Counted from the first letter of the stretch, positions 1 to 10,795 are shown. The stretch is 64,000 bases of DNA from Candidatus Poribacteria bacterium (GCA_965214095.1 OZ243938.1:4480001-4544000); one strand, 5' to 3'. Notes: generated by a model from the letters alone, not told the origin. Translations and numbers: made by a program.

Positions 1-2
1 AC

Positions 3-1073
3 TGTGAAGAGACAGTTCGAGAACGCAATAAGTTAGACCGTCGTGAATTCCTTACCGCAATGGGGGCTGTTAGTGGTGCGGCCCTTAGCGCGTTTCCAGC
101 ATTTGCACAAATCGGTGGTCGTGTACTCACCACGCCTCAACAGAAAGAAAACCTAACTCCTGTCATAGAAGTTCTTGGAAAACAAGTATGGGAAGATGAT
201 AGACTTGATGAAGATGCTGTAGGCGAGATGCTCAATCAAGCTATGGTAAAACTCACAGGACGCGAAACAGCTAAAGAAGCATGGAGAGATTTTGTTTTAC
301 CCGCAAACATTGTTGGAATTAAAATCAACCCACTTGCCGGACCAAAATTAAGCACACATGCTGTCTTAGTAAATAAAATTGTTGATTCATTGAACAGTGC
401 GGGAGTTCTCAGAAAACAGATCATTATATGGGATCGGTTTGAAGACCATCTCTTGAGTGCAGGATTTCCCATTATCACAGACCAAAGCGATGTCCGTACA
501 TTGGCAACTAACTTAAACGACATCGGTTACGACGACAAAGTTTTCTACGAAACCGAAAAGGACAGCATCACTCGCCGCGAAAATGAAAGCACCCGCTCAC
601 TTTATTCCCGCATCATAACTGAAATGGTGGATGTCGTAATAAATGTCCCTGTTCTGAAACAACACGAAATGTCGGGAATCAGTGGATGTCTCAAAAACAT
701 GGCTTTCGGTAGTGTGGACAATACAAGGAGATTTCATGGTAGACCGCTCTACTGCAATCCAGCTATCGCTGAGATTTATGAGAACAAGGTAATTAAGGAT
801 AAAGTCGTCCTTAACATCGTTGATGGGTTGCAGGCTTCATATAACAAAGGTCCTACATATCACGCAGAAAGTATATGGCAATTTGGTGGGATGTTTGTAA
901 GTGCGGATCCTGTTATCCTTGATGTGCTAATCCTTCAAACTGTCAACCAAAAGCGCGAAGAAATGGGTCTAAGTTCTATGTCAAAATATGCTAACCATAT
1001 TACATCAGCAAGCGGACTTGAAATTGGAAGCAACTCTCTTGACCAAGTGAACCTACAAAAAATAGAGGTGTAA
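3..1073 (+). CDS. DUF362 domain protein with Tat-like signal, 5'-truncated by the window edge
   Basis: Frame open from nt 3 (CEETVRERNKLDRREFLTAMGAVSG..., twin-arginine RREFL); DUF362-type motifs VGIKIN, INVPVLKQH, GCLKNM, DPVILD. Confidence 0.8.
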   Translation, partial: CEETVRERNKLDRREFLTAMGAVSGAALSAFPAFAQIGGRVLTTPQQKENLTPVIEVLGKQVWEDDRLDEDAVGEMLNQAMVKLTGRETAKEAWRDFVLPANIVGIKINPLAGPKLSTHAVLVNKIVDSLNSAGVLRKQIIIWDRFEDHLLSAGFPIITDQSDVRTLATNLNDIGYDDKVFYETEKDSITRRENESTRSLYSRIITEMVDVVINVPVLKQHEMSGISGCLKNMAFGSVDNTRRFHGRPLYCNPAIAEIYENKVIKDKVVLNIVDGLQASYNKGPTYHAESIWQFGGMFVSADPVILDVLILQTVNQKREEMGLSSMSKYANHITSASGLEIGSNSLDQVNLQKIEV

Positions 1074-1077
1074 TTTA

Positions 1078-1320
1078 GTGAAATCCAAATACATTTTTGT
1101 CCTCACACTCTTGTCTGTATTTCTATTTTCCATGCTATACGCTGGTTGTACATATACCCTGACTACAAACGACTCATTACAGATAAATCTTACAAAACCT
1201 GCTAAACAATCTGAATCTTTAATTTCAGAATTTGAAATTGGAGAGGAAAACAGTGTTGCCGGTGATGTTACTCAGAAAGCAGGAAGTGTTTGTGTCGGAG
1301 GGGCATGTATCATTTATTGA
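1078..1320 (+). CDS. small putative lipoprotein with C-terminal CxGGxC
   Basis: GTG start 4 nt after upstream stop with GAGGTG RBS; hydrophobic N-terminus ending YAG-C lipobox; ends GSVCVGGACIIY. Confidence 0.55.
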   Translation: MKSKYIFVLTLLSVFLFSMLYAGCTYTLTTNDSLQINLTKPAKQSESLISEFEIGEENSVAGDVTQKAGSVCVGGACIIY

Positions 1321-3296
1321 TTGTCCCTTTTAGATATTTTCTCCCAATCCCACAACAGCACAGTCCCATCAAAACTACCACTGGCAAGTATTTTCCCATC
1401 ATGTGAAAAAGCAAGCGATTCTATAAGTTCAGTGTGTCCAGACACAGTTCTAATTTCTTCACCTGTTTCAACATCCCATAATTTTATTCTGATATTGGAT
1501 ATTAGTTCAACAAATCCAGTAGCGACAAGGATTTTACTATTGGGAGAGAAGATCATTTTAATTATATGTCCGTGTAGGTCTGCATAAATTTCTTTAGGTT
1601 CGTCAGATGGGAACATTTCTAAATCATGTAGGAAAATATTCTCACCGCTTAATTCAGCAATTCTATTACCATCTGGAGAGAATGCCATAGATTTGACACG
1701 CGTTTTAGTTTGTATTGGAGGTTCTTCTGGTTTTTCTGTTTGCCATATAAATGGTTTGTCAGAGGATTCGTAGATTGCAAGGTATTTACCGTCAGGTGAC
1801 ATAATCATGTTTTCAATGAACGATATATCCTCAGTTGATAGATTAAACGATTCTTCTGCAGAATCAATATTCCATCCCAACACATCTTCTGATCCATATA
1901 TGGCAAGAATGTTGTTATCAGGTGAAAATGTAAGTATATTACATGAATGATCATTCCAAGGACCTAATACTTCTTCACCAGTGGTTATGTCCCACATTCG
2001 TATAGGTAGTATTTCAAGACTGTCATCTGCATTTGTGGTATATCCGAAACCATAAGGTTTGAATCTAAATGAATAATTGTTTAACCCCTGACAGACAAAA
2101 CGTTTAGCATCATTGGTAAATGCAACTGAAGAAACATATTCGCTTTCACTCTTAGTAAATGTGGCTATTTCTTCATAACCATTCAAACTCCAAACATTAA
2201 CTGTCCCAATCATGTTAGCACTTACAAGTGTTGACCCATTCTCAGAAAAGGCAATAGCTTTAATCCATTTCGTATGTCCTGTAGCAAAGGTGACAAGTTC
2301 TTCACCTGTGTCAGGATTCCAGAAGCGGATTGTGCCATCAAGGCTACCACTTGCAAGACATCCGCTATATTTACTTGCACCTTCAGGTGAAAAAGTTAGA
2401 GCATTAATGGTGTTCTTGTGTCCAATTAATGTTCTAAGTCTTTTAGGATTTTCAACATCCCAGAGGATAATTTCTTTATTAGTATCTCCACTTGCGAATA
2501 GTTTGTCATCTGGTGATATGGCAACAGAAGTGATTGTGGACTTATGTCCAATCAAAGATGTTGTCAGTCTCCGTTCTGCAATATCCCAAATTCTAACAGA
2601 ATTGTCCGCAACAGCACTTAGCATTGTTTCATTATTCGATGTAATGGATAAGGCAAAAATACCATCCTTTAAATCATCGGCTTGAAAGACAAGATGCTTA
2701 TCGCTCAAGGATGTATCATATATATGTATTTTGTGTTGAATATCCGCTACAGCAATATAATTGCCTGTAGGTGAAATTGTAACAGTTTGATTTGGATTTA
2801 CCTTTGCTATTTCAGATAAAATATCACCGTTGCTTATGTTCCAATAGATGATTCTTCCACTATTGTCATAACTGATCAGTGTTTTACCCAAAAACCCCAA
2901 GGCAACAACAGTGCTAAATCCCCTATTAAAAAACGAGGTGGAATGGTGAGTATCGTTTTCTAAATCCCACAGTTGAATTGTAGGATTTCCATTTCCACCA
3001 CTTGCGAGTATTTTTCCATCATCTGAAAATGCCAGTGCGTTGACTCTTCCAAGGCTGTCTGTGAACAATGCAGTTGCCTTCCCATCTGGAACATCGTAAA
3101 GCCACAGCCCAACATCAGTACCAACCGCAAGTCGCGTTCCATCTGGTGAGAACCGCATGACATTGATGCCGCCTTTACCAAGTCGTGCAATAGCACCATC
3201 GGGTAGACCAACTTGTGTGTTGTCTTGTGCAAGAACATGAGATGTCATTCCCACAAACATAAGAATAAATGCAAATATGTGATACGTTGATTTCAT
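1314..3296 (-). CDS. secreted WD40-repeat protein (probable double propeller)
   Basis: Signal peptide then LPDGAIARLGKG; many GH...V..L.FSPDG..LASG..D..I.LWD repeats. Confidence 0.92.
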   Translation of the reverse strand: MKSTYHIFAFILMFVGMTSHVLAQDNTQVGLPDGAIARLGKGGINVMRFSPDGTRLAVGTDVGLWLYDVPDGKATALFTDSLGRVNALAFSDDGKILASGGNGNPTIQLWDLENDTHHSTSFFNRGFSTVVALGFLGKTLISYDNSGRIIYWNISNGDILSEIAKVNPNQTVTISPTGNYIAVADIQHKIHIYDTSLSDKHLVFQADDLKDGIFALSITSNNETMLSAVADNSVRIWDIAERRLTTSLIGHKSTITSVAISPDDKLFASGDTNKEIILWDVENPKRLRTLIGHKNTINALTFSPEGASKYSGCLASGSLDGTIRFWNPDTGEELVTFATGHTKWIKAIAFSENGSTLVSANMIGTVNVWSLNGYEEIATFTKSESEYVSSVAFTNDAKRFVCQGLNNYSFRFKPYGFGYTTNADDSLEILPIRMWDITTGEEVLGPWNDHSCNILTFSPDNNILAIYGSEDVLGWNIDSAEESFNLSTEDISFIENMIMSPDGKYLAIYESSDKPFIWQTEKPEEPPIQTKTRVKSMAFSPDGNRIAELSGENIFLHDLEMFPSDEPKEIYADLHGHIIKMIFSPNSKILVATGFVELISNIRIKLWDVETGEEIRTVSGHTELIESLAFSHDGKILASGSFDGTVLLWDWEKISKRDNQ

Positions 3297-3359
3297 GGTT
3301 GCTCCTAAGTAATGAAAGTAATCTTTCTCTCTAATATCGGATACAAATAGTGCAGGCGT

Positions 3360-4103
3360 TCAAACCTTTTTATGACAGATGATGGCTGAAATCCAACAGA
3401 AACGTCTTAAGAAAGGAAATAGTCGTAATAGTATTTTATCTAAGACTTTGAGAAATTGAAGGGTCCATTGATAAAGGAAACGGATTGGGATTACTTTTTG
3501 CCAAAAAAGCGAACCTATAGATAGGAAATGGAATTCTCTGTGATTCACCTTGTCAAATGCTACATCTAATGCTTCAATATCGGCAAGCGAGAAATAATGC
3601 AACTCTTGTGAGTATTTCAAGAAGAGTTTGCGATAAAGCCAAACTACTGGATGATGACGCATATTCTCAACGAAAATCGCCTTTCCACCCGGTTTAAGAA
3701 CGCGGTGACACTCTTGTGCAGTTTGCGCGTGTTCAGTGAACACTAACACGGATTTTGAGATAACGAAATCAAACGTGTTATCTGGAAAGGCGAGTTGTGT
3801 GGCATCCATGAGTGAAAAGTCAACCGCATCTGAGACATCGTGGTGTTTGACCCTCTCCCTCGCTTCATCTAAACGAAAGGGTAAAAGGTCAATGCCAACG
3901 ACTGATGCACCTTTCTTGGCAAGAAGCGTTGCAGTGCCACCTGTGCCAGTGCCTAACTCAAGCACCCTTTTACCTTGTAGGTCACCCATTTTGGGGAGGA
4001 TATATTCAAATACAGGTAGATAATAATCTTCCCACCAGAGTAAGAGTTCTGTCTCAACGGTGACTGATTGACCGTTCGGTCGCGATGCATCTGGTTCACT
4101 CAA
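3360..4103 (-). CDS. class I SAM-dependent methyltransferase
   Basis: VLELGTGTG motif I, MDATQLAFPDNTFD, RVLKPGG. Confidence 0.9.
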   Translation of the reverse strand: MSEPDASRPNGQSVTVETELLLWWEDYYLPVFEYILPKMGDLQGKRVLELGTGTGGTATLLAKKGASVVGIDLLPFRLDEARERVKHHDVSDAVDFSLMDATQLAFPDNTFDFVISKSVLVFTEHAQTAQECHRVLKPGGKAIFVENMRHHPVVWLYRKLFLKYSQELHYFSLADIEALDVAFDKVNHREFHFLSIGSLFWQKVIPIRFLYQWTLQFLKVLDKILLRLFPFLRRFCWISAIICHKKV

Positions 4104-4105
4104 AC

Positions 4106-4864
4106 CTATATTTTTCCCATTTTTCTTAGAGCTTCAAGACAACGTTTAGCACATTCAAGCGGAGGATACGGGTAACTTTCTTGCTCAACGATGTACCATT
4201 CAGTGCCGCCGACCGTTTCAAATGCATCAAAGACTTCCTCCCATGCCAAGTCACCTTCTCCGATGAGTGCTTTGTCATTGGTTGCGGAGAACTCTTTGAT
4301 ATGCACGATCTTGTATCTGCCGGGGTATCGTTCAATGAATGGGATATTGTCTTGACCTGCGCGTAGGACATGACCCGTATCTATCTGTAATACGACTTCA
4401 TCGTGGGTGTTGCTGGCAAAAGTGTCCCAAGGGATTTTTCCCTCCAAAGGTTTGAACTCACCTGCATGGTTGTGGTAGCCAGTATATAGACCTTGGTCGG
4501 AGATTTTTTCTGCAATATCGTTGAAGATTTTAGCAGTATCTTTCCAAGCATCTTGTGAATTGGTATATTCTCCTCCTAATCCTGGAACAATCAGATACGG
4601 ATTACCGAGTGTTTTGTTGAACTCCACGGTTTTCTCAAGCTGATCCCCAAGAAGCGTGTTCAATCCAGTATGCGTGCCAACTATTTTGAGTTCAAGGTCA
4701 TCACACATACCCCGTAATTCTTCTGCAGATCGGTCATAATATCCAGCAAATTCTACACCTTCATATCCCATTTGTGCAACTGCTTGAAGTGTGAGGGATA
4801 GGTCTTTTGCACAATCGTCTCTGACAGAATATAACTGTAATGCTATAGGTATTCTTTCGCTCAA
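4106..4864 (-). CDS. sugar phosphate isomerase/epimerase (xylose isomerase-like TIM barrel)
   Basis: ALQLYSVR, GYEGVEFAG, YHNHAGEF, IDTGH, HIKE, WYIVEQE. Confidence 0.9.
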   Translation of the reverse strand: MSERIPIALQLYSVRDDCAKDLSLTLQAVAQMGYEGVEFAGYYDRSAEELRGMCDDLELKIVGTHTGLNTLLGDQLEKTVEFNKTLGNPYLIVPGLGGEYTNSQDAWKDTAKIFNDIAEKISDQGLYTGYHNHAGEFKPLEGKIPWDTFASNTHDEVVLQIDTGHVLRAGQDNIPFIERYPGRYKIVHIKEFSATNDKALIGEGDLAWEEVFDAFETVGGTEWYIVEQESYPYPPLECAKRCLEALRKMGKI

Positions 4865-4945
4865 TTAGATTCTCCTTATTTTACATAATGCTATTATTAA
4901 CTCAAACATATGCCATTTCTATGAATGAAAGTATCATTTAGAAGA

Positions 4946-4977
4946 AATGTAAGAGGCGCAATGAATTGCGCGACTAC
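4946..4977 (-). repeat. GTAG-REP-like hairpin, class D copy 1
   Basis: Minus strand GTAGTCGCGCAATTCATTGCGCCTCTTACATT; near-identical 32-mers at 7307-7338 and 60267-60298. Confidence 0.75.
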
Positions 4978-4985
4978 AAACCTGC

Positions 4986-5088
4986 TATAGTAGATTTTGA
5001 AATTACTTGAACACTCTGCGTCGGCGAGGTTAGGAAACCTCGCCTACCGTGGGTCGAAAGTGTCAACTTATATTTATAATTCACTATA
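4986..5088. mobile_element. MITE-like element class A (about 103 bp) carrying a REP hairpin
   Basis: Ends TATAGTAGA...TTCACTATA; internal GGCGAGGTT-AGGA-AACCTCGCC-TAC; copies at 20271-20462 (x2) and 54997-55098 (inverted). Confidence 0.8.
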
Positions 5089-5102
5089 TGTCTTTAATGG
5101 TA

Positions 5103-6122
5103 TTATTTCATTGGCAAGTTGACTGCTTTGCCACTATCAGACGAAACAAGTCCTGCCTCAAGGATTTCTTGTGCATCACGACTAACTTTTGGACAGCACA
5201 AACCATCAATCGCTTCACCGGATTCCAAGCAGTGAATTAAGTATTCAGGTGCATTTCTTCTGCCTTCAGGTAAGGGATCAGGTTCTATGGATTGAACATC
5301 ACTGCCTGCGGGTGTAAGACTGACTTGGTTTCCCGATATTGTCAATGCACCCTCAGTGCCGTAGACAACAGGATTTGGTGTGATATAACCTGTCTTTTGA
5401 GTCCAAGATGCTTCTGTAATACCGAAGGCGTTAGCATACTTCATCAGGATGATTGCGTTATCGTCAGGAACAGGATAGTCTTTGACAAAAGTGCCGCGGA
5501 ATGCAGTAACTTGTTCGGGTAATCCGAGCAGATATGCACACATATCGGCACAGTAGCAACAGTAGTCCATCAATGCACCAGCACCGTTTTTCTCCTCATC
5601 GTATAACCATTCGTAGAAATAACGTGAACAGCCGATTTCTTTGGGACCATTGTGTGCTGACCGCCATTTGAAATGTAATACATTGCCGATCGCGCCTTCT
5701 TGGATGAGTTGCATCGCTTTGTTCAACGCTGGACTCCAAGCGGTTGGCCAATTAATCATCAAGAGGGTTTTTGCATCTTGCGCTGACTTTAGCATCTGAT
5801 CTGCTTGTGATAGTCGTGCTGCCATAGGTTTTTCAGATACGACGTGAATTCCTTTTGCTGCAGCTGCCGCAACGATTCCAGGACCAGTACTGTTTTCAGC
5901 AGATGCTTGAACGATATCTAATTCCTCTTTGTCTATCATCTCCTGCCATGAATCATATACGTTCTCAACACCTGTCTCTGATTTGAATTGGGTGCGTAAT
6001 TCAGCGTTGACATCACCTGCTGCGACGATCTCAACTTGGGGATGTTCCTTCCAACGTCCCAATTCACCCCAAACATGATCGTGAACTAACGAAGCAAAAC
6101 CAACGCGATAGGTTTTTGACAT
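5103..6122 (-). CDS. Gfo/Idh/MocA family oxidoreductase
   Basis: HVVSEKPMA motif, GAGALMDYCCY, YGTEG. Confidence 0.9.
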   Translation of the reverse strand: MSKTYRVGFASLVHDHVWGELGRWKEHPQVEIVAAGDVNAELRTQFKSETGVENVYDSWQEMIDKEELDIVQASAENSTGPGIVAAAAAKGIHVVSEKPMAARLSQADQMLKSAQDAKTLLMINWPTAWSPALNKAMQLIQEGAIGNVLHFKWRSAHNGPKEIGCSRYFYEWLYDEEKNGAGALMDYCCYCADMCAYLLGLPEQVTAFRGTFVKDYPVPDDNAIILMKYANAFGITEASWTQKTGYITPNPVVYGTEGALTISGNQVSLTPAGSDVQSIEPDPLPEGRRNAPEYLIHCLESGEAIDGLCCPKVSRDAQEILEAGLVSSDSGKAVNLPMK

Positions 6123-6155
6123 AAGTTATTTCTCCTGTCTTGTAAATTGTTGTAA

Positions 6156-7208
6156 TTATTCTTGTGCGCGAACAGCAATTTTTATTGCTGTTTCACCATT
6201 TATACGGTATCCACCATCAAGTGCCTTAAATCCATCTTCTACTTGTGTGAGTGGGAGTTGATGACTGATCATATCAGCGAATGGTAAATCGCTTTTCTCA
6301 AGCAATGGTAATCCACGAACAAAGTGTTCGTATTGACTACCCCAAATCGCTTCAAGTCGTAGATTTTTACGCATCAATAACTGATTGATATTGAAGTCAA
6401 TTGATCCCATATCCACAAAGTGTCCAACTTCTACAAATGTGCCACTACGTCTTGTATAGCCTAAACCTTCTGGCGTAGCAGGGAGAAAACCTGCACATTC
6501 AAAGACGACATCTGCCCCCTCATTTCGTGGTGTTTCAGATTTTACCAATTCAGTTCGTTTTTCTACAGTGGTAACTTCCTCAATGTCAATCGTAACATCT
6601 GCCCCGAACCGTTTTGCGAGTTCCAAGCGTCCCGCTGGACCGCCAACCATAATTATCTTTCCGGCACCACTCATTTTTGCACAAGCGAGTGTTACCAGAC
6701 CGATTGCACCAGAACCCTGTACAACCACAGTATCACCAAATTGAATTTTGCCACGCATAACTGCGTGGACACCTACTGTGAAAGGTTCTATAAGCACTGC
6801 TACCTCTGGTGAAATTTCAGTTTTCATAAAACAGGTATTCGGATATGTGAGATACATGTAATCTGCAAATCCACCACGAAAGTGAGGAGCCTCATCAGGA
6901 TTCCATTGAAATCCATACCCACCGTAATCTGTGCCGGGTGCAAAGATAATCCTATCTCCCTCATTGATAGGTTTACCTACATAATCTGTCTTCACATCTT
7001 TGCCAATTGCTTCTACGATACCGACATTTTCATGTCCTAATAGTATCTCAGTTTTAAAGCCGTTTTGCCAGTTGTGTAGGTCAGTTCCGCAAATCCCTGC
7101 TAATTCTTGACGCAGCAATATCGTATTGGGTTCAGGTTCAGGAACTGGGTATTCTCGAATCTCAAAATCTTGTCCGAAAGCCACCACTGCTCTACCTGTT
7201 CGGGGCAT
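6156..7208 (-). CDS. zinc-binding (MDR) alcohol/polyol dehydrogenase
   Basis: GICGTDLH, LGHENVG, QGSGAIG; lacks the structural-zinc Cys lobe. Confidence 0.9.
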   Translation of the reverse strand: MPRTGRAVVAFGQDFEIREYPVPEPEPNTILLRQELAGICGTDLHNWQNGFKTEILLGHENVGIVEAIGKDVKTDYVGKPINEGDRIIFAPGTDYGGYGFQWNPDEAPHFRGGFADYMYLTYPNTCFMKTEISPEVAVLIEPFTVGVHAVMRGKIQFGDTVVVQGSGAIGLVTLACAKMSGAGKIIMVGGPAGRLELAKRFGADVTIDIEEVTTVEKRTELVKSETPRNEGADVVFECAGFLPATPEGLGYTRRSGTFVEVGHFVDMGSIDFNINQLLMRKNLRLEAIWGSQYEHFVRGLPLLEKSDLPFADMISHQLPLTQVEDGFKALDGGYRINGETAIKIAVRAQE

Positions 7209-7306
7209 AGTATTCTCCTATTATCCTGTGAGGGTCTTTACCATATAATACCAATTCTAATAAAGAAGTTCTCAATATGATATTCTGATCTAAAACTGAA
7301 CTTGAG

Positions 7307-7338
7307 AATGTAAGAGACGCAATAAATTGCGCGACTAC
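7307..7338 (-). repeat. GTAG-REP-like hairpin, class D copy 2
   Basis: Minus strand GTAGTCGCGCAATTTATTGCGTCTCTTACATT. Confidence 0.75.
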
Positions 7339-7356
7339 GAACCATCTATTTCTTTA

Positions 7357-7644
7357 TCAGTATCTACGTTTTTTTCTTCTCGTAATTATGTATAGTACAA
7401 TTATTGTGCCTATTGAAATCCACAACCAATTTGCTTGGAAAATCTCAAAGAAGATATTAAACGCTATCCAGAGACCGACTTCAATGCCGATTATTGCTAA
7501 TGCTTTAGGCCATGGAAAATCTGCGTTATGTTGTTTTTGTAATCTATCTGCGAATACAAATGAAACAACTACAGTACCTAATACGACGACAAAGAAAAGT
7601 AAGTTTACTGTTCCTTGAATGCTCTCAAAAATGAAATCTATCAT
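7357..7644 (-). CDS. small membrane protein (about 3 TM)
   Basis: AGGAG RBS, hydrophobic segments, basic C-terminus RRKKRRY. Confidence 0.7.
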   Translation of the reverse strand: MIDFIFESIQGTVNLLFFVVVLGTVVVSFVFADRLQKQHNADFPWPKALAIIGIEVGLWIAFNIFFEIFQANWLWISIGTIIVLYIITRRKKRRY

Positions 7645-7770
7645 TTTTTACTCCTATTTATCAAGAATCTACGTATACACTGACGCAGACTCTATCTATT
7701 GTGTTTGCTTATATAGAGACGCTATTACATAAAAAGATAGCATTTCTTGATGAAACCCATTGTACTGTAA

Positions 7771-8616
7771 TTATTCGCAAAATATTCGTTCAGGATGGCT
7801 ATACACCACCATTCGATTTTCCCGCATAAATCCAATTAAGGTTATATGTCCTTCTACTGCTAAATCAACAGCAAGTGTTGATGCAGCGGAGACTGCCGCA
7901 ACGATTGGAATTCGGGCAAAAAGTGCTTTCTGAACTATTTCAAAACTTGCGCGACCACTGACCATCAAGATATGTTTGTCAAGTGGTAGCATATCTGACA
8001 AAAGTGCTTGTCCAATAACCTTGTCGACTGCATTATGTCTACCGATATCCTCTCTAACAATAAGGAGTTCACCTTTTTCATTGAAAAGTCCTGCAGCGTG
8101 TAATCCGCCTGTTTTTTCAAATACAGATTGTTCAACACGCAATTTGTCATTTAGGTGATAACACACATTTTGATGTAGTTTAAAATCCATTTCCAGTGGT
8201 TTTACTTGGTGTTTTACGGCATCTATCGTCATTTTTCCACAGAGACCGCAGCTTGCATTCGCATGAAAATTTCGTTGCCATCCTGCTTCTTCAAGCACGA
8301 ACTTGTCTTTTAGATGAACATTGATGATGTTTTGAAATGAATCTATTTGAGCATATTGGTTATTGTCATTGTTAAGCGTGTTCTCATCTTCACAATAAGC
8401 AATGATCTGAATATCATCTTCAGATTTGATAAGGTTTTCAGTAAATAGGAATCCTGCAGCGAGTTCAAAATCATGTCCGGGTGTGCGCATAACTACGATA
8501 AGACTTTGCTGTCCGACTCGAATTTCAAGGGGTTCTTCAACCACTAATTCGTCTTCAGTATGTGTTTCTTTTGACAGGTTCCAGCGTACGACCTGTTTTG
8601 TATTTGTTTGTTGCAT
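7771..8616 (-). CDS. fdhD: formate dehydrogenase accessory sulfurtransferase FdhD
   Basis: EEPLEI, MRTPGHDFELAAGFL, SCGLCG, TGGLHAA, REDIGRHNAVDK. Confidence 0.95.
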   Translation of the reverse strand: MQQTNTKQVVRWNLSKETHTEDELVVEEPLEIRVGQQSLIVVMRTPGHDFELAAGFLFTENLIKSEDDIQIIAYCEDENTLNNDNNQYAQIDSFQNIINVHLKDKFVLEEAGWQRNFHANASCGLCGKMTIDAVKHQVKPLEMDFKLHQNVCYHLNDKLRVEQSVFEKTGGLHAAGLFNEKGELLIVREDIGRHNAVDKVIGQALLSDMLPLDKHILMVSGRASFEIVQKALFARIPIVAAVSAASTLAVDLAVEGHITLIGFMRENRMVVYSHPERIFCE

Positions 8617-8650
8617 GACTGAGTAGGATTTACGGACATTGTCAGTTTTG

Positions 8651-10582
8651 CTATTCCGTGAGTTGTATGATTATATCTTTTTCTATTGTAAGCATCCCTT
8701 TTGATGTCCCGATCCAGACTCGGTTTTTATCAATTGTGATGCATTGGACTGATAGGTTTTCAAGGACTATATTTGGGTATCCGATACTTCCTGCATATTC
8801 ATCATTGCTTGGGTGGTAAATTGTCACATATTCATTATCAGCAATCCAAAGAACCATATAATCTGGTGGTTGAATGTCATCTACTTCTAATAGACTTCTA
8901 TCAACATATCCAGTAACAAAGATATTGACTAAATCTTCCTTTTGTTCAGTTCCTTCATATATTGATGAGGATCTTCCATTTGTTCCATCCCAATTGACAT
9001 TGAAAAAACCGTTATTTCTATCTACTTCGTTATACCAAGAAAATAACATTTTTCCATCAATTACATCAAACTGGACGATTTGAGTTTCCTGTTTGATGTC
9101 AATAAATAGACTTGGATTCCAGATTTCTTCTTCTCGATTGAATACCACAATGTCTTCACCGGTGGTGCCAACCCATACTTTATCAGGTGTTAGAGCAATT
9201 GAATGTATATCATCGGGAACTGGATCGTTTCCATAGTAACGGAATTGTTCTCCAGAGTCAAATATCTTTCGAATAACTCCTTTATCTGTTGCGAACCATA
9301 TCTCCTCAGCATCCAACTCTATGTCTCTTATCCACGTTGGTCCATCAGCAATTGGATAATTCTTGACATTGTTGGTTATTTTATTATAGTGTATCACACC
9401 TTGGTTTCTGGTGCCTATCCAAACACCAGATGGATTGACTGCGATTGATCTGACATCGGGTATTGTAGGTAGGTGTGAGTTAATCATCCATGCATCTGCT
9501 TCAACCACCTTCCAACCACCATTTCCTCCCGTTTCAATTTGTGCTACTCCTTTTGGAGTACCTATCCAGAGCGTTGAACCATCTACAGCGATTGTTTGAA
9601 TACTGGGGTCAGGCAGAAAGTTTGTATAGATATTCCAGACACTCGCTCGGATTATTTCTTTGGCTTGTTCCATCATTGATATATCATCAGGATTCTGATG
9701 TAAGAGAGACTCTGCAATATCAACTGCGTTTTTTCTATTTCCAAGTTGAAGATGAATTGTCGCTTGTTTTAATAGCGCATCATTGACATAAGGACTATCA
9801 GGATAAACCAGAATGAATTGTCGCAACGTTCTGAGGGCAATTTCATAATCAGCGGATTTTGCTTGTATTGTACCGATTAAATATACTGCTTTTTCATGAT
9901 CAGGTGAATTTGGATAATGTGTAGTTGCATCAATAAGCAGGTCAAGTGCGGCAGCAGGATCATTTAGTTTTTCTCCAAATAGGAATCCTGTCTGATAACT
10001 AATCTTTGCTATTGATTGATGTTCTGGATAGTGGGTTATGATGAGTTGATATGCGTTAACTGCTTGAAGATAGTTTTCTGCAGTTATTGCATTTTCTCCA
10101 ATTTCTTGAAGTAGGGGAACAATGTCATATTTTTTGGCATCTATCAGTAGGACAGATTTAAAATGGATTAATGCTTTTTGTATGTTTTCTTCAGTTTTAT
10201 TTAGTAATCCGAGTTGGTAATGTGCATCGGCATATTTTGGAGATTCCTGTATTGCTAATTCAAATGTATTCTTTGCGACATCTGGAAGTTGTAGTTCTAA
10301 CAGATCGAGTCCTTTCCGATAATATTTCATTGCTAACTGGTCAGGAGCATTTTCTTGATTTGATATAAAACTTAGTGTATTTCCTTCTAATGGAAACCTT
10401 AAAATCTGACCGTTATATTCTATTTCAAAATGTGTGTCTGATGCGCCAACCATCCGACCTGTAAGTCTATCACCGTTTCCTCTGTCAACGATAACATATT
10501 GTTCAGCATTGACATAATTCGTACAGAATGTAAATAATCCTATGAAAAATATAAGAACTATTTTGATATATGAGTACTGCAT
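8651..10582 (-). CDS. secreted TPR-repeat plus beta-propeller protein
   Basis: Probable start MQYSYIK at 10582 (ORF track starts 10636); signal peptide, TPRs (YPDSPYVNDAL), LWIGT/VWIGT/IWFAT blade repeats. Confidence 0.75.
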   Translation of the reverse strand: MQYSYIKIVLIFFIGLFTFCTNYVNAEQYVIVDRGNGDRLTGRMVGASDTHFEIEYNGQILRFPLEGNTLSFISNQENAPDQLAMKYYRKGLDLLELQLPDVAKNTFELAIQESPKYADAHYQLGLLNKTEENIQKALIHFKSVLLIDAKKYDIVPLLQEIGENAITAENYLQAVNAYQLIITHYPEHQSIAKISYQTGFLFGEKLNDPAAALDLLIDATTHYPNSPDHEKAVYLIGTIQAKSADYEIALRTLRQFILVYPDSPYVNDALLKQATIHLQLGNRKNAVDIAESLLHQNPDDISMMEQAKEIIRASVWNIYTNFLPDPSIQTIAVDGSTLWIGTPKGVAQIETGGNGGWKVVEADAWMINSHLPTIPDVRSIAVNPSGVWIGTRNQGVIHYNKITNNVKNYPIADGPTWIRDIELDAEEIWFATDKGVIRKIFDSGEQFRYYGNDPVPDDIHSIALTPDKVWVGTTGEDIVVFNREEEIWNPSLFIDIKQETQIVQFDVIDGKMLFSWYNEVDRNNGFFNVNWDGTNGRSSSIYEGTEQKEDLVNIFVTGYVDRSLLEVDDIQPPDYMVLWIADNEYVTIYHPSNDEYAGSIGYPNIVLENLSVQCITIDKNRVWIGTSKGMLTIEKDIIIQLTE

Positions 10583-10712
10583 TTTTTCTTTACCTTGATT
10601 ATGTTGAAGAGTGTATAGATATAATATCAAAATCAAGTGATAATGTCAAGATTGATGTTTATGAAGGCGAGGGAAATTCAGTTTTAGGCTTTTTGTTTGA
10701 TATCGAGAATAC

Positions 10713-10742
10713 AAAAAAGGTGTGGCATAAACGCCACACCTT
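10713..10742 (-). terminator. rho-independent terminator
   Basis: AAGGTGTGGC...GCCACACCTT stem with T-tract on the minus strand, downstream of 10796-11509. Confidence 0.7.
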
Positions 10743-10795
10743 ACAATGTGTAATTTGATGCTTCTTACACAAACGAAGAATACTTAGCGTAATTT

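Noticed and set aside
5049-5240. 63-aa plus-strand ORF
   Set aside because: Starts inside the class A repeat and runs antisense to the Gfo/Idh/MocA gene
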